Part shown: piece after piece, positions 10,032-17,698 of the stretch
Layout: every line of letters starts with the position of its first letter
How positions within the stretch are numbered: the stretch's first letter is position 1
Assembly: GCA_964482715.1 (NCBI GenBank)
Contig: CAYZYX010000002.1
Coordinates: 10,816-74,815, forward strand
DNA length: 64,000 nucleotides
Reading direction: 5' to 3'
Source: an uncultured Clostridia bacterium
Lineage (GTDB): Bacteria; Aerophobota; Aerophobia; Aerophobales; B3-G15
Translations under genes and position numbers: made by a program
The notes under the pieces: generated by a model
Databases searched by the model: none
What the model was told of the DNA's origin: nothing
Seen by the model: only the letters and a program-made list of their open reading frames with translations

Positions 10032-10472
10032 CTATTTTGAGTTAGAAGGTAATTTACCGTTAAGACTCTGGATAAGTTTTACCACACCATCAATTATTGC
10101 CTCGGGCTTTGGAGGACATCCAGGAATATAGGCACTTACAGGAATAACTTTATCGAAAGGTCCAGCCATATTATACCCTGTTCGAAATATACCTCCACTA
10201 CAAGCACAGCCTCCGACTGCCACTACCAGTTTTGGCTCAGGCATCTGTTCATAAACTCTCTTCACACGAGGTAAACACTTTTTATTGACTATTCCTGTTG
10301 CCAGAATAACATCAGCATGGCGAGCACTTCCAACCAGGACTATCCCGAATCTTTCCACATCAAATCTGGGAGTGAGTAAATCCAGTATTTCAATATCACA
10401 ATTATTGCAGGAACCTGCTGAGAGATGGTAAACCCACAGAGATTTCTTAAGAGAAAACTTGGCTAAACCCAT
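10032..10472 (-). CDS. Group-4 [NiFe]-hydrogenase small subunit (NuoB/HycG/MbhJ-like)
   Basis: CNNCDIE, VGGCACSGG and IPGCPPKPE motifs provide the four cysteines of the proximal [4Fe-4S] cluster in NuoB-type subunits. 146 aa. Confidence 0.85.
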   Translation of the reverse strand: MGLAKFSLKKSLWVYHLSAGSCNNCDIEILDLLTPRFDVERFGIVLVGSARHADVILATGIVNKKCLPRVKRVYEQMPEPKLVVAVGGCACSGGIFRTGYNMAGPFDKVIPVSAYIPGCPPKPEAIIDGVVKLIQSLNGKLPSNSK

Positions 10473-10510
10473 TTTTTTCTCCCTTTAGTTATATAAAAAA
10501 TTTAATAAAA

Positions 10511-11449
10511 TCATATGCCGAGCAGAGCCAGTATAAATCCGATTATTGCCAGAGGAAACATTCTAAGCCAGAAAAACTTAAGGGCCTGGTCTATTCTCAG
10601 ACGAGGATTGGTATTTTTAACAATAATAATCAAAAGTAGAATGACAAAATATTTGATTATTGACCAGAGAGCTTGTATCCCATCAAAACGCATTCCTCCA
10701 GCAAATATTGTAATTAAAAATACCGGGTAAGTGAAAAGCATCATAGCTTTTGTCAGCTTGAATATGCCGAGGGGTGGCCCGGAATACTCAATCAAAGGTC
10801 CAGCCATAATTTCCTGCTCTGCTTCAGGAATATCAAAGGGAACATAGGCAAGTTTTGCCTGGATACACACAAAAGTTACTATTAAAGCAATAAAAGAGGA
10901 GAGGTGATGGGTAAACATCATTCCATTATTTATCTGGTACAGGACAATAGAACCTATTTTTATATCTTTAATAGCAACAATTGGAGTAAAGATAGCTATA
11001 ATGAAGGGAAGTTCGTCAGCAAGCATGAGTTTCATCTCTCTACTTGCACCCAGGGAAGCAAGTGGATTTCCCGAGGCCGATCCTCCCAGTATGATGGCCA
11101 GAGAAGGAAGAACAGAAAGATAGAGAATAACAATTACATCCCCCAAAAATGATGTACCAGGATTAAGATTCATTTGCCAGAGAATAAGTGAAACAAGGGT
11201 AATTCCAACAAGACCCATTATTGGAGCCAATAGAAAACTAATTTTTCTTGCTCCAGCAGGAAGAATGGTTTCTTTTCCCATAAGTTTAAAGAAGTCCACA
11301 AAATTCTGATACCAGGGAGGCCCAACTCTCCACTGGAGACGCGCGGTAAGTTTTCTATCGATCCAGGCAACCAGAAGTCCTCCCACTGCAGTAAAAATAA
11401 AACCCGGGAAAACAATAAAAGAAACCAGAGCAAACAAAATCTCGTTCAT
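10511..11449 (-). CDS. NuoH/HycD/MbhM-like membrane subunit of the energy-converting hydrogenase
   Basis: 312 aa with 8 predicted transmembrane helices, in the NuoH position directly upstream of the NuoB-like gene. Confidence 0.75.
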   Translation of the reverse strand: MNEILFALVSFIVFPGFIFTAVGGLLVAWIDRKLTARLQWRVGPPWYQNFVDFFKLMGKETILPAGARKISFLLAPIMGLVGITLVSLILWQMNLNPGTSFLGDVIVILYLSVLPSLAIILGGSASGNPLASLGASREMKLMLADELPFIIAIFTPIVAIKDIKIGSIVLYQINNGMMFTHHLSSFIALIVTFVCIQAKLAYVPFDIPEAEQEIMAGPLIEYSGPPLGIFKLTKAMMLFTYPVFLITIFAGGMRFDGIQALWSIIKYFVILLLIIIVKNTNPRLRIDQALKFFWLRMFPLAIIGFILALLGI

Positions 11450-11952
11450 CCCTGTTTTTTCTCCTCTTGAGGTAGTTCTCTCTTCCAGGGTGTTACCTTA
11501 ACAAAAACCTCCCCGATTTTAAAGATATTATTTTCTTTATCTTCTACAAATTCCCCATATTTTATTGCCCCATCACCAGTTTGCACACATAGAGGCTGCT
11601 CACCTTCTTTCAATCTTCCCTGACAGAGATCACAGGTAAAAGTTAGAAAAGGGATTATCTCCATGTGAATTGTTCCAAAAGGGCAGGCTACTGCACAGGA
11701 CTTACAAGAGACACACAGACAATTATTTCTCCTGATAATTCCAGTTTCTTCCACTCTTTCCAGAGCTTCGTATCTACAGGCATTTATACAGGGGTGCTCT
11801 TCACACTTTCTACACACTATTTGAAAAGCGAGCCATTCTCTTAGTTGTAAGATCCCGTTATTGTTAAAATGATAAGGATAGCTACACTTAATATTTAATT
11901 TTTTCCAGTTCTGATTTATAAAATCCAGATCGATAAAGAGAGACTTATTCAA
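11446..11952 (-). CDS. Poly-[4Fe-4S] ferredoxin-like electron-transfer protein (HycB/HydN-like)
   Basis: 168 aa with at least 14 cysteines arranged in CxxCxxxxCxxxC, CxCxxCxxCxxxCP and CxxC clusters. It lies between the AsrB/HydG-like gene and the NuoH-like gene. Confidence 0.6.
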   Translation of the reverse strand: MNKSLFIDLDFINQNWKKLNIKCSYPYHFNNNGILQLREWLAFQIVCRKCEEHPCINACRYEALERVEETGIIRRNNCLCVSCKSCAVACPFGTIHMEIIPFLTFTCDLCQGRLKEGEQPLCVQTGDGAIKYGEFVEDKENNIFKIGEVFVKVTPWKRELPQEEKKQG

Positions 11953-11961
11953 CTTTTCCTC

Positions 11962-12795
11962 CTAATCCCAAATTGCTGGAATATCTTTGATTTGTTCGTA
12001 GGTAAAAACTGGTCCATCTCGACAAACCAAAAATCTCCCCAGTTGACAATGTCCACATTTGCCCACTCCACAGGACATATTCTTTTCCATTGAGAGATAT
12101 ATATTGGCAGGTTGATATCCCACATCGAGAAGTTTCAAGGTGGTGAATTTCATCATTATGGGTGGACCACAAACAACAACCGGATTTTCTTGAACATTGC
12201 TTATTTCTTCTTCTATTCCATCAAGAGTGGTAGTTACAAGTCCCACCTTTCCTTTCCATGATTCATCCCCTTTATCAACTGTTATACGAAAACTTACCTT
12301 TCCTCTGTACTTTTCTTGCCACTCATCCAGTATGGCCTTCTTATAAACAATATCCTGAGGTGTTCTTGCACCATAGCATAACACCACCTTCCTGTAACTT
12401 TCGAGGTTATGAGTGAGGGACAAAAAGAGTGATCTTAAAGGGGCAAGACCCACTCCTCCACCCACAATCAAGATTTCTTTGTTTTTCCACTCCGCAATAG
12501 GATATTCATTACCGAATGGCCCCCGAAGTCCAACTACATCGTTTTCCTTTAAGTTATGAAGAGCTGAGGTAATTTTTCCCACTCTCATTATGGTTAGTTC
12601 TATTTTCTCTTTTTCATAGGGAGAAGAGCTGGGAGTAAAGGGACCTTCACCTACCCCGGGAACTGTAAGTTGAACAAATTGACCAGCTTTAAATTCCAAA
12701 TGATTTTCTGGTTTGAGAACAAAAGTCTTTATTTGAGGTGTTTCTTCAATTACCTCAAGGATATTTGCTTTTACTGGTTGATAAGGATTTTTCAT
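11962..12795 (-). CDS. FAD/NAD(P)-binding oxidoreductase with C-terminal [2Fe-2S] (sulfhydrogenase gamma/HydG, AsrB, PyrK family)
   Basis: 277 aa. Has a flavin reductase fold motif (RVGKITSAL ... ILIVGGGVGLAP) and a C-terminal CGVGKCGHCQLG cluster typical of HydG/AsrB. Confidence 0.7.
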   Translation of the reverse strand: MKNPYQPVKANILEVIEETPQIKTFVLKPENHLEFKAGQFVQLTVPGVGEGPFTPSSSPYEKEKIELTIMRVGKITSALHNLKENDVVGLRGPFGNEYPIAEWKNKEILIVGGGVGLAPLRSLFLSLTHNLESYRKVVLCYGARTPQDIVYKKAILDEWQEKYRGKVSFRITVDKGDESWKGKVGLVTTTLDGIEEEISNVQENPVVVCGPPIMMKFTTLKLLDVGYQPANIYLSMEKNMSCGVGKCGHCQLGRFLVCRDGPVFTYEQIKDIPAIWD

Positions 12796-13859
12796 TTTTC
12801 CTGCCCTATCGGGATCTTTTTTTCTATAGCAAGGTCTCTAAATACCTCACGCATGTCTATCTTCCCGATACAAACAGATATACATCTGCCACAACCTGTA
12901 CAGGCATCAAGATTTATATTTTCAGGAAAAAAGTAAAATTTACAGAAAAGTCTGTTAGCAAACCTCTGATGTAGCCAAGGACGAGGATTTGCTCCTCCCG
13001 CCACTCTGGCAAATCCAGTTAGAAGACAGGCATCCCAGAGATAGTACCTCTGGTATTTATCTCCAGTTTTCACATCTGAAAGCAAAAAACATCTGCAAGT
13101 TGGACATATCTGATTACAGCCTCCACAATCAACACACTTTTCGCTGTATTTTAACCATACAGGCGAGTCATAGGTATCTTTTATTAGCTCCCGATAGGGA
13201 GTGTTTACTTTCAAATCTTTGTTAATTCTGTTAACCAGCTTTATTACTTTTTCTCTGTTTCTCTGTTTCTTACTTATAGCTTTTTCTTCCACATCGGTAA
13301 AAAACCCGGGATTTTTCTGAACCACCTCCTCTCCCTTACTTGAACCAACCTCCACTACATATCCTTCTTCCAGAGAGGACAGGTTAAGATCAAATCCTTC
13401 TTGAGGGTAAGGATTTCCTCCCACCAGTGTGCAAAAACAACTATTATCAGGTTCTTTGCAGTCACTACTTATAATTAGTGTATTTTCTCGAGCCTGAATA
13501 TAAAACGGATCTTTGTATTCCCTGCCAAATTCTTCCCCCTGGTAAACGCTATCTGTAATCTTTAAAGCTTTAAGATCACAGGCCTTTACTCCCAGCAGGA
13601 TTCTTTTTTCACTTTTTTTACTTGACTCTGAAGAGGAGACAAAGTATTCGGCAACTTTTCGATAGGCCGGCGTAAAAAAAGACTTTAAAGGATGAACAGC
13701 TCTTTTTGTATCCAGTACTATATTCCTGATATTTTCAGAATTTATCTTCTCGTATAAGAGAAATTCTTCCTTTTTTAAAGGCGCATAGACTTGATATTCC
13801 TGACCGAGTAACTCAACCCACTTAAAGAAATTATCTTTTGAGAGGAAATATTGCTTCAT
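12792..13859 (-). CDS. Iron-sulfur subunit (sulfhydrogenase beta/HydB, AsrA family)
   Basis: 355 aa with CVDCGGCNQICPTCRC and CTGCGRCISVC [4Fe-4S] motifs. Overlaps and precedes the HydG-like gene, as in hydBG/asrAB pairs. Confidence 0.6.
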   Translation of the reverse strand: MKQYFLSKDNFFKWVELLGQEYQVYAPLKKEEFLLYEKINSENIRNIVLDTKRAVHPLKSFFTPAYRKVAEYFVSSSESSKKSEKRILLGVKACDLKALKITDSVYQGEEFGREYKDPFYIQARENTLIISSDCKEPDNSCFCTLVGGNPYPQEGFDLNLSSLEEGYVVEVGSSKGEEVVQKNPGFFTDVEEKAISKKQRNREKVIKLVNRINKDLKVNTPYRELIKDTYDSPVWLKYSEKCVDCGGCNQICPTCRCFLLSDVKTGDKYQRYYLWDACLLTGFARVAGGANPRPWLHQRFANRLFCKFYFFPENINLDACTGCGRCISVCIGKIDMREVFRDLAIEKKIPIGQEK

Positions 13860-13943
13860 TTTCTTCCCTTCTTGTGAAAAATATCACAATTAATTTTAAA
13901 CCACAGAAACATTTTTGTCAAGTTATCAACCAGAACGAATCAA

Positions 13944-13959
13944 TCTGTGATTATTTTCA
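13944..13959. promoter_or_regulatory. CRP/FNR-family type palindrome TGTGA-N6-TCACA in the hydrogenase-operon promoter
   Basis: The + strand reads cTGTGAttatttTCACAa, a perfect inverted repeat. It is centred on the predicted +1 of the minus-strand promoter at 13963..13989. Confidence 0.45.
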
Positions 13960-13962
13960 CAA

Positions 13963-13989
13963 AATTATACCACAAAAAAATTTTATGTC
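13963..13989 (-). promoter_or_regulatory. Sigma-70-type promoter for the hydBG-fd-hydrogenase-mrp operon
   Basis: Minus strand carries TTGACA (13989..13984), a 16-nt spacer, then TGGTATAAT (extended -10, 13968..13963). It lies in the 145-nt gap between the DRTGG gene and the hydB-like gene. Confidence 0.55.
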
Positions 13990-14004
13990 AAAAAGTTCTG
14001 CAAA

Positions 14005-15099
14005 TTATATGCTGCTTATGATTTCCTCTATGGCCAGGTGATCTTCCACCAGTTCCGCTGCCTCTTTTACCTTGTCCTGGTCTATAGCCCGTATCTTGAC
14101 ACGCCGCTCATGCACTTTTTTGGTGGTAGTGTAGGTGTCATCTTCGGACAGGAGGATGGTAAATCTGCCTTCTTTCATGAGCCTTAAGATGCCTTTGTGT
14201 GGCAGGAGACCCCCTGTCAAGATCATCCCGGCTATTTCGTAATCTTCACCCATAACTCTTTCGCCGGCAATAACTGCAAGAATTATGTCTTCTCTGTCTC
14301 CTGGGACTATTATCAAACTGTGAGGAGCAAAGTGAGCCAGAGCATGGTAAGGTTCCATTGCTCCCACCAGAATGTTCACCACTCTTTTTTGTAGAAATTC
14401 CTCTCCATAAAGAATCTTGGCGTCTGTTGCTTCCATAATCTGTTCCATAGTTGGATAGGTGAGACACTCCTGGAAAGGTATTACTCCCAGAAGTTTTATC
14501 CCTTTTCTTTTTAGACCAAGTCCTGTTATACGCTTTATCTTATCGTATTTTTCAGGTAAGACTTTGTTTATTACCACTCCTATGAGCTCTACCTTTTCCT
14601 GGTCAAATAGAGCCTTGTTGATCATGATTTCGTCAATTGGTTTTCCTATTCCTCCTGTGGAGATTAGAAGAACTTTACTTCCCAGAAGTTTTGCCACCGA
14701 GGCATTGGATAGGTCAAACACCGCTCCAACGCCAGCATGACCGGTTCCTTCTATAAGCATTAATTTTTTATTTTTTGAGATACGCTCATAAGAGTCCCTT
14801 ATTATCTTAACGTATTTCTCCAGATTCTCCTCTTGAATGTATTTCTCGGTAAACCCCCTTTCCACAGTGATTGGATTCATATCTTTTAGATTGTCTGTAA
14901 TTCCACAGACATCCCGCATCAAAACTACATCTTCATCAACTTTATATCCTTCCTCCTCCACATAGTGTTGGCCAACCGGTTTCATAAAACCAACTTCAGG
15001 ATATTTCTCTCTTAAGACCTGCAAAAGTCCAAGAGAGATTGTAGATTTACCGTCGTTTTGTCTTGTTGCCGCAACAAACAGTTTTTTTGGATAATTCAT
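14005..15099 (-). CDS. DRTGG-domain protein with N-terminal CobQ/MinD-type nucleotide-binding fold (phosphotransacetylase N-terminal-domain-like)
   Basis: 364 aa. The architecture resembles the Pta N-terminal half (AAA_26 plus DRTGG). It is encoded directly after acsE. Confidence 0.5.
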   Translation of the reverse strand: MNYPKKLFVAATRQNDGKSTISLGLLQVLREKYPEVGFMKPVGQHYVEEEGYKVDEDVVLMRDVCGITDNLKDMNPITVERGFTEKYIQEENLEKYVKIIRDSYERISKNKKLMLIEGTGHAGVGAVFDLSNASVAKLLGSKVLLISTGGIGKPIDEIMINKALFDQEKVELIGVVINKVLPEKYDKIKRITGLGLKRKGIKLLGVIPFQECLTYPTMEQIMEATDAKILYGEEFLQKRVVNILVGAMEPYHALAHFAPHSLIIVPGDREDIILAVIAGERVMGEDYEIAGMILTGGLLPHKGILRLMKEGRFTILLSEDDTYTTTKKVHERRVKIRAIDQDKVKEAAELVEDHLAIEEIISSI

Positions 15100-15890
15100 T
15101 TTTTCTTACTTTCTTTGTAAGCTTTTATAAAGGAATCTGAATATATGTGTTTGCTAAGTATAACTTCAGCAGCAATGGCCGAATTTACCAGTTCCTCATC
15201 AGTAATATCACATATAGCTGCATCAAGTCCTGCACAGATACACATAACCAGGAAAATGCGATTTAAAAGCTTTACTTCCTGAGTCTTTGAGGAAATATTA
15301 CTAAGTCCCACAATTATGTGAGGAGGAGGACTGGAAAGAAGTGTAAATTGCCTTATTGCCTCTATCACATTTGCAGCCTGTTCCTGGAGAAATTTAAGAG
15401 GCATGGTTACAGGGTCAAGAAAAATCCTGTCTTCGGAAAGCCCCTTTTCTATTGCTTCTCCAAATATTGTAGCCCCCAGCTCTACTCTGCGATTAACATC
15501 CTGAGGTGCCCCTTTTTTGTCCATACATACTCCCACCACCGAGGCACCATATTCCACAGCAAGAGGAAGGATCTGATCGAGCTTTTCCTTATCGGCTGTT
15601 GTTGAGTTAATAAGAGCGGGTTTTTTGCAAACTTTAAGTGCTTCTTTTATGAAAGCAGGTTTGTTACTATCAATTGATATAGGTGTAGAGACTACTTCTT
15701 GAACAGTCTCAATCATCCAGATGAAATCCTCCACTTTGTTGGAAGCGGCACCCATATTAACATCAAGGTAATCTGCTCCAGCATCGGTTTGAACTTTGGC
15801 CCAATGTTGAATAATTGATTTATCTTTTTCTCGAATAGCCCTTTGAATATCTTTAAAGCCTCCATTTATTCTTTCTCCAACCAAGATCAT
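15096..15890 (-). CDS. acsE: Methyltetrahydrofolate:corrinoid/iron-sulfur protein methyltransferase (pterin-binding, AcsE)
   Basis: 264 aa pterin-binding (DHPS-like) barrel starting MILVGERINGGFKD. It sits in the acs cluster after acsD. Confidence 0.8.
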   Translation of the reverse strand: MILVGERINGGFKDIQRAIREKDKSIIQHWAKVQTDAGADYLDVNMGAASNKVEDFIWMIETVQEVVSTPISIDSNKPAFIKEALKVCKKPALINSTTADKEKLDQILPLAVEYGASVVGVCMDKKGAPQDVNRRVELGATIFGEAIEKGLSEDRIFLDPVTMPLKFLQEQAANVIEAIRQFTLLSSPPPHIIVGLSNISSKTQEVKLLNRIFLVMCICAGLDAAICDITDEELVNSAIAAEVILSKHIYSDSFIKAYKESKKK

Positions 15891-15905
15891 AGTTTCCCTC
15901 CAAAA

Positions 15906-16901
15906 TTAGCTTTTTCCCATCAATTTATCGATGTATGCTTTGGCTTCTTTAACTGCCATGGGGTGGCGCATAATGAGAATGTCTGCACCAGCCTGAAGGT
16001 AAACTACAGCAGTGGTCAACTCCCAGAGAGGCCCTCTTTTACGATGATCTCCCCATTCTGGAACGTTCTGTTCAGGTGCGATAGCCTCTTTTACTTTCCA
16101 AACTTCTTTTCCTATGTCTCCAAGGATAGGCATTGCCCACATTTTATCTCCTCCTAATCCAGCAATACGTCCTCTTTCCATAATAGAATAAACATATTCG
16201 ATTCCATATCCAAGAGCACCAGTAGTAGGATAAATAACAATATCCTCAGGACTTAACCCAGCATCAGTTGCCAGAATGTTGACCTGTTTGGCTATGTTTA
16301 TATCAACCGGGGATTCAGCAATTACTTTGTGTTTATCAGCCTGACACAAAGCTACAAGAGTTTTATAGTTATCTTCAGTGATGGTTCCCAGCAGACATCT
16401 TTCACCAGCTGCTGCCTGAGAACAGGCAGGGAATATTTCATTGTCTTTATCTTTATTTCCACAGCCCCATATAATAAGGGGAACACCTACTGAATTTAAA
16501 ACTCTTTTCACTGCCTCCTGAGCGTGATTAGCATCTTTGTTTTCTCCATCCGGGTCACAACCCTGTAGCCTTAAACAGATAAGGTCTGCCCCAAATTCTT
16601 CCACACATTTTTTGGCCCATTTTCCGGGATCGTCCCAGACATCAGAGAAATTTTCAGCCAGTGTCTCAGGCCAGTCAGAAGGAGCAATATCCCAAACTTC
16701 CATAGCTATTACCGGGCGATGAGGAATGTCTCCTTCAAAGTAAAGATAGGGAAGAGTAGTGGCTCCTCCAATTGTGATTGTATGAGACCTTGTTCCTCCT
16801 TCTTCTCTGGTAGCTCCAATGGTTACCGTATTAATAGGATTTGGCCATTTTTGTTTAACATCGGGTATCTGCATTTTTTTCCCTCCTTTTAAACCCCTCA
16901 T
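15906..16901 (-). CDS. acsD: Corrinoid iron-sulfur protein small subunit (CODH/ACS delta, AcsD/CdhD)
   Basis: 331 aa TIM-barrel-type protein with no Fe-S cysteine cluster, in the conserved acsC...acsD-acsE order. Confidence 0.8.
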   Translation of the reverse strand: MRGLKGGKKMQIPDVKQKWPNPINTVTIGATREEGGTRSHTITIGGATTLPYLYFEGDIPHRPVIAMEVWDIAPSDWPETLAENFSDVWDDPGKWAKKCVEEFGADLICLRLQGCDPDGENKDANHAQEAVKRVLNSVGVPLIIWGCGNKDKDNEIFPACSQAAAGERCLLGTITEDNYKTLVALCQADKHKVIAESPVDINIAKQVNILATDAGLSPEDIVIYPTTGALGYGIEYVYSIMERGRIAGLGGDKMWAMPILGDIGKEVWKVKEAIAPEQNVPEWGDHRKRGPLWELTTAVVYLQAGADILIMRHPMAVKEAKAYIDKLMGKS

Positions 16902-16945
16902 TTGCAGGAGACCTTCAGAGATTTATGGTTTTTTAACTATTCAAA

Positions 16946-17698
16946 CTACATATAGCCGGCCTTTTTCAGTATCTCTCTTATAGAAGAAAAAGCAGGCGAA
17001 TTTTGTGATAAATCAGTCAAAGATCGCCCATTCCAGGTATACTCTTCTAATTCAGGGTCATATTCTATCTTACCCAGGTAATTTCCAGAACTTTTAGCCA
17101 GCTTTTCCTTTTCTCTTTTAAACCTGTAGTTTCCCACAAGATATATGTTTTTATAACTAATTCCAACTTCAGAGGCGATTTTTTTAAGTCGCTCCATATT
17201 TTTTAAAGCTTTTACCGTAGGATCAATTATGACAAATATATCATCAACCTCAGAAACTATTCTTCTGTTAAGATGCTCCAGTCCCCCAGGTGAGTCAATA
17301 ATAGTGTATCTGTAACTTTCTGCCAGTTTGGGAAGAATACTCCTTAGGATATTGTTGGGCATGCAGTAGCAACCCTGAGTCCATTTTACCCCTATAGAAA
17401 TAAGGTCAAAATCTTCTGATTCATAGAGACAGGAGAAGTTCAGTAAGTATTCTATTTTTTCCGGTAAGCTTAGAGAATTTAATTCTTTGGTATTCTTCTT
17501 TTTTTGAATATCAAAAAGGATCTCCGAGATAGTCTTAATTTTTTCTTTTTCAAGATTTATTCCCAGCATGTCAGCCAGATTTTGATCTGAATCGGCATCA
17601 ATCAATAACGGATGTGAATCAAGACACAAAGCTGCCAGAGCTACAAAAGTAGTTTTACCTGTTCCCCCTCTTCCGGTACAGACAATTTTTCTACTCAT
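16946..17698 (-). CDS. CooC-type P-loop ATPase (second copy, AcsF-like Ni-insertion accessory protein)
   Basis: 250 aa with a deviant Walker A, CTGRGGTGKTT, in the MinD/CooC fold. Confidence 0.75.
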   Translation of the reverse strand: MSRKIVCTGRGGTGKTTFVALAALCLDSHPLLIDADSDQNLADMLGINLEKEKIKTISEILFDIQKKKNTKELNSLSLPEKIEYLLNFSCLYESEDFDLISIGVKWTQGCYCMPNNILRSILPKLAESYRYTIIDSPGGLEHLNRRIVSEVDDIFVIIDPTVKALKNMERLKKIASEVGISYKNIYLVGNYRFKREKEKLAKSSGNYLGKIEYDPELEEYTWNGRSLTDLSQNSPAFSSIREILKKAGYM

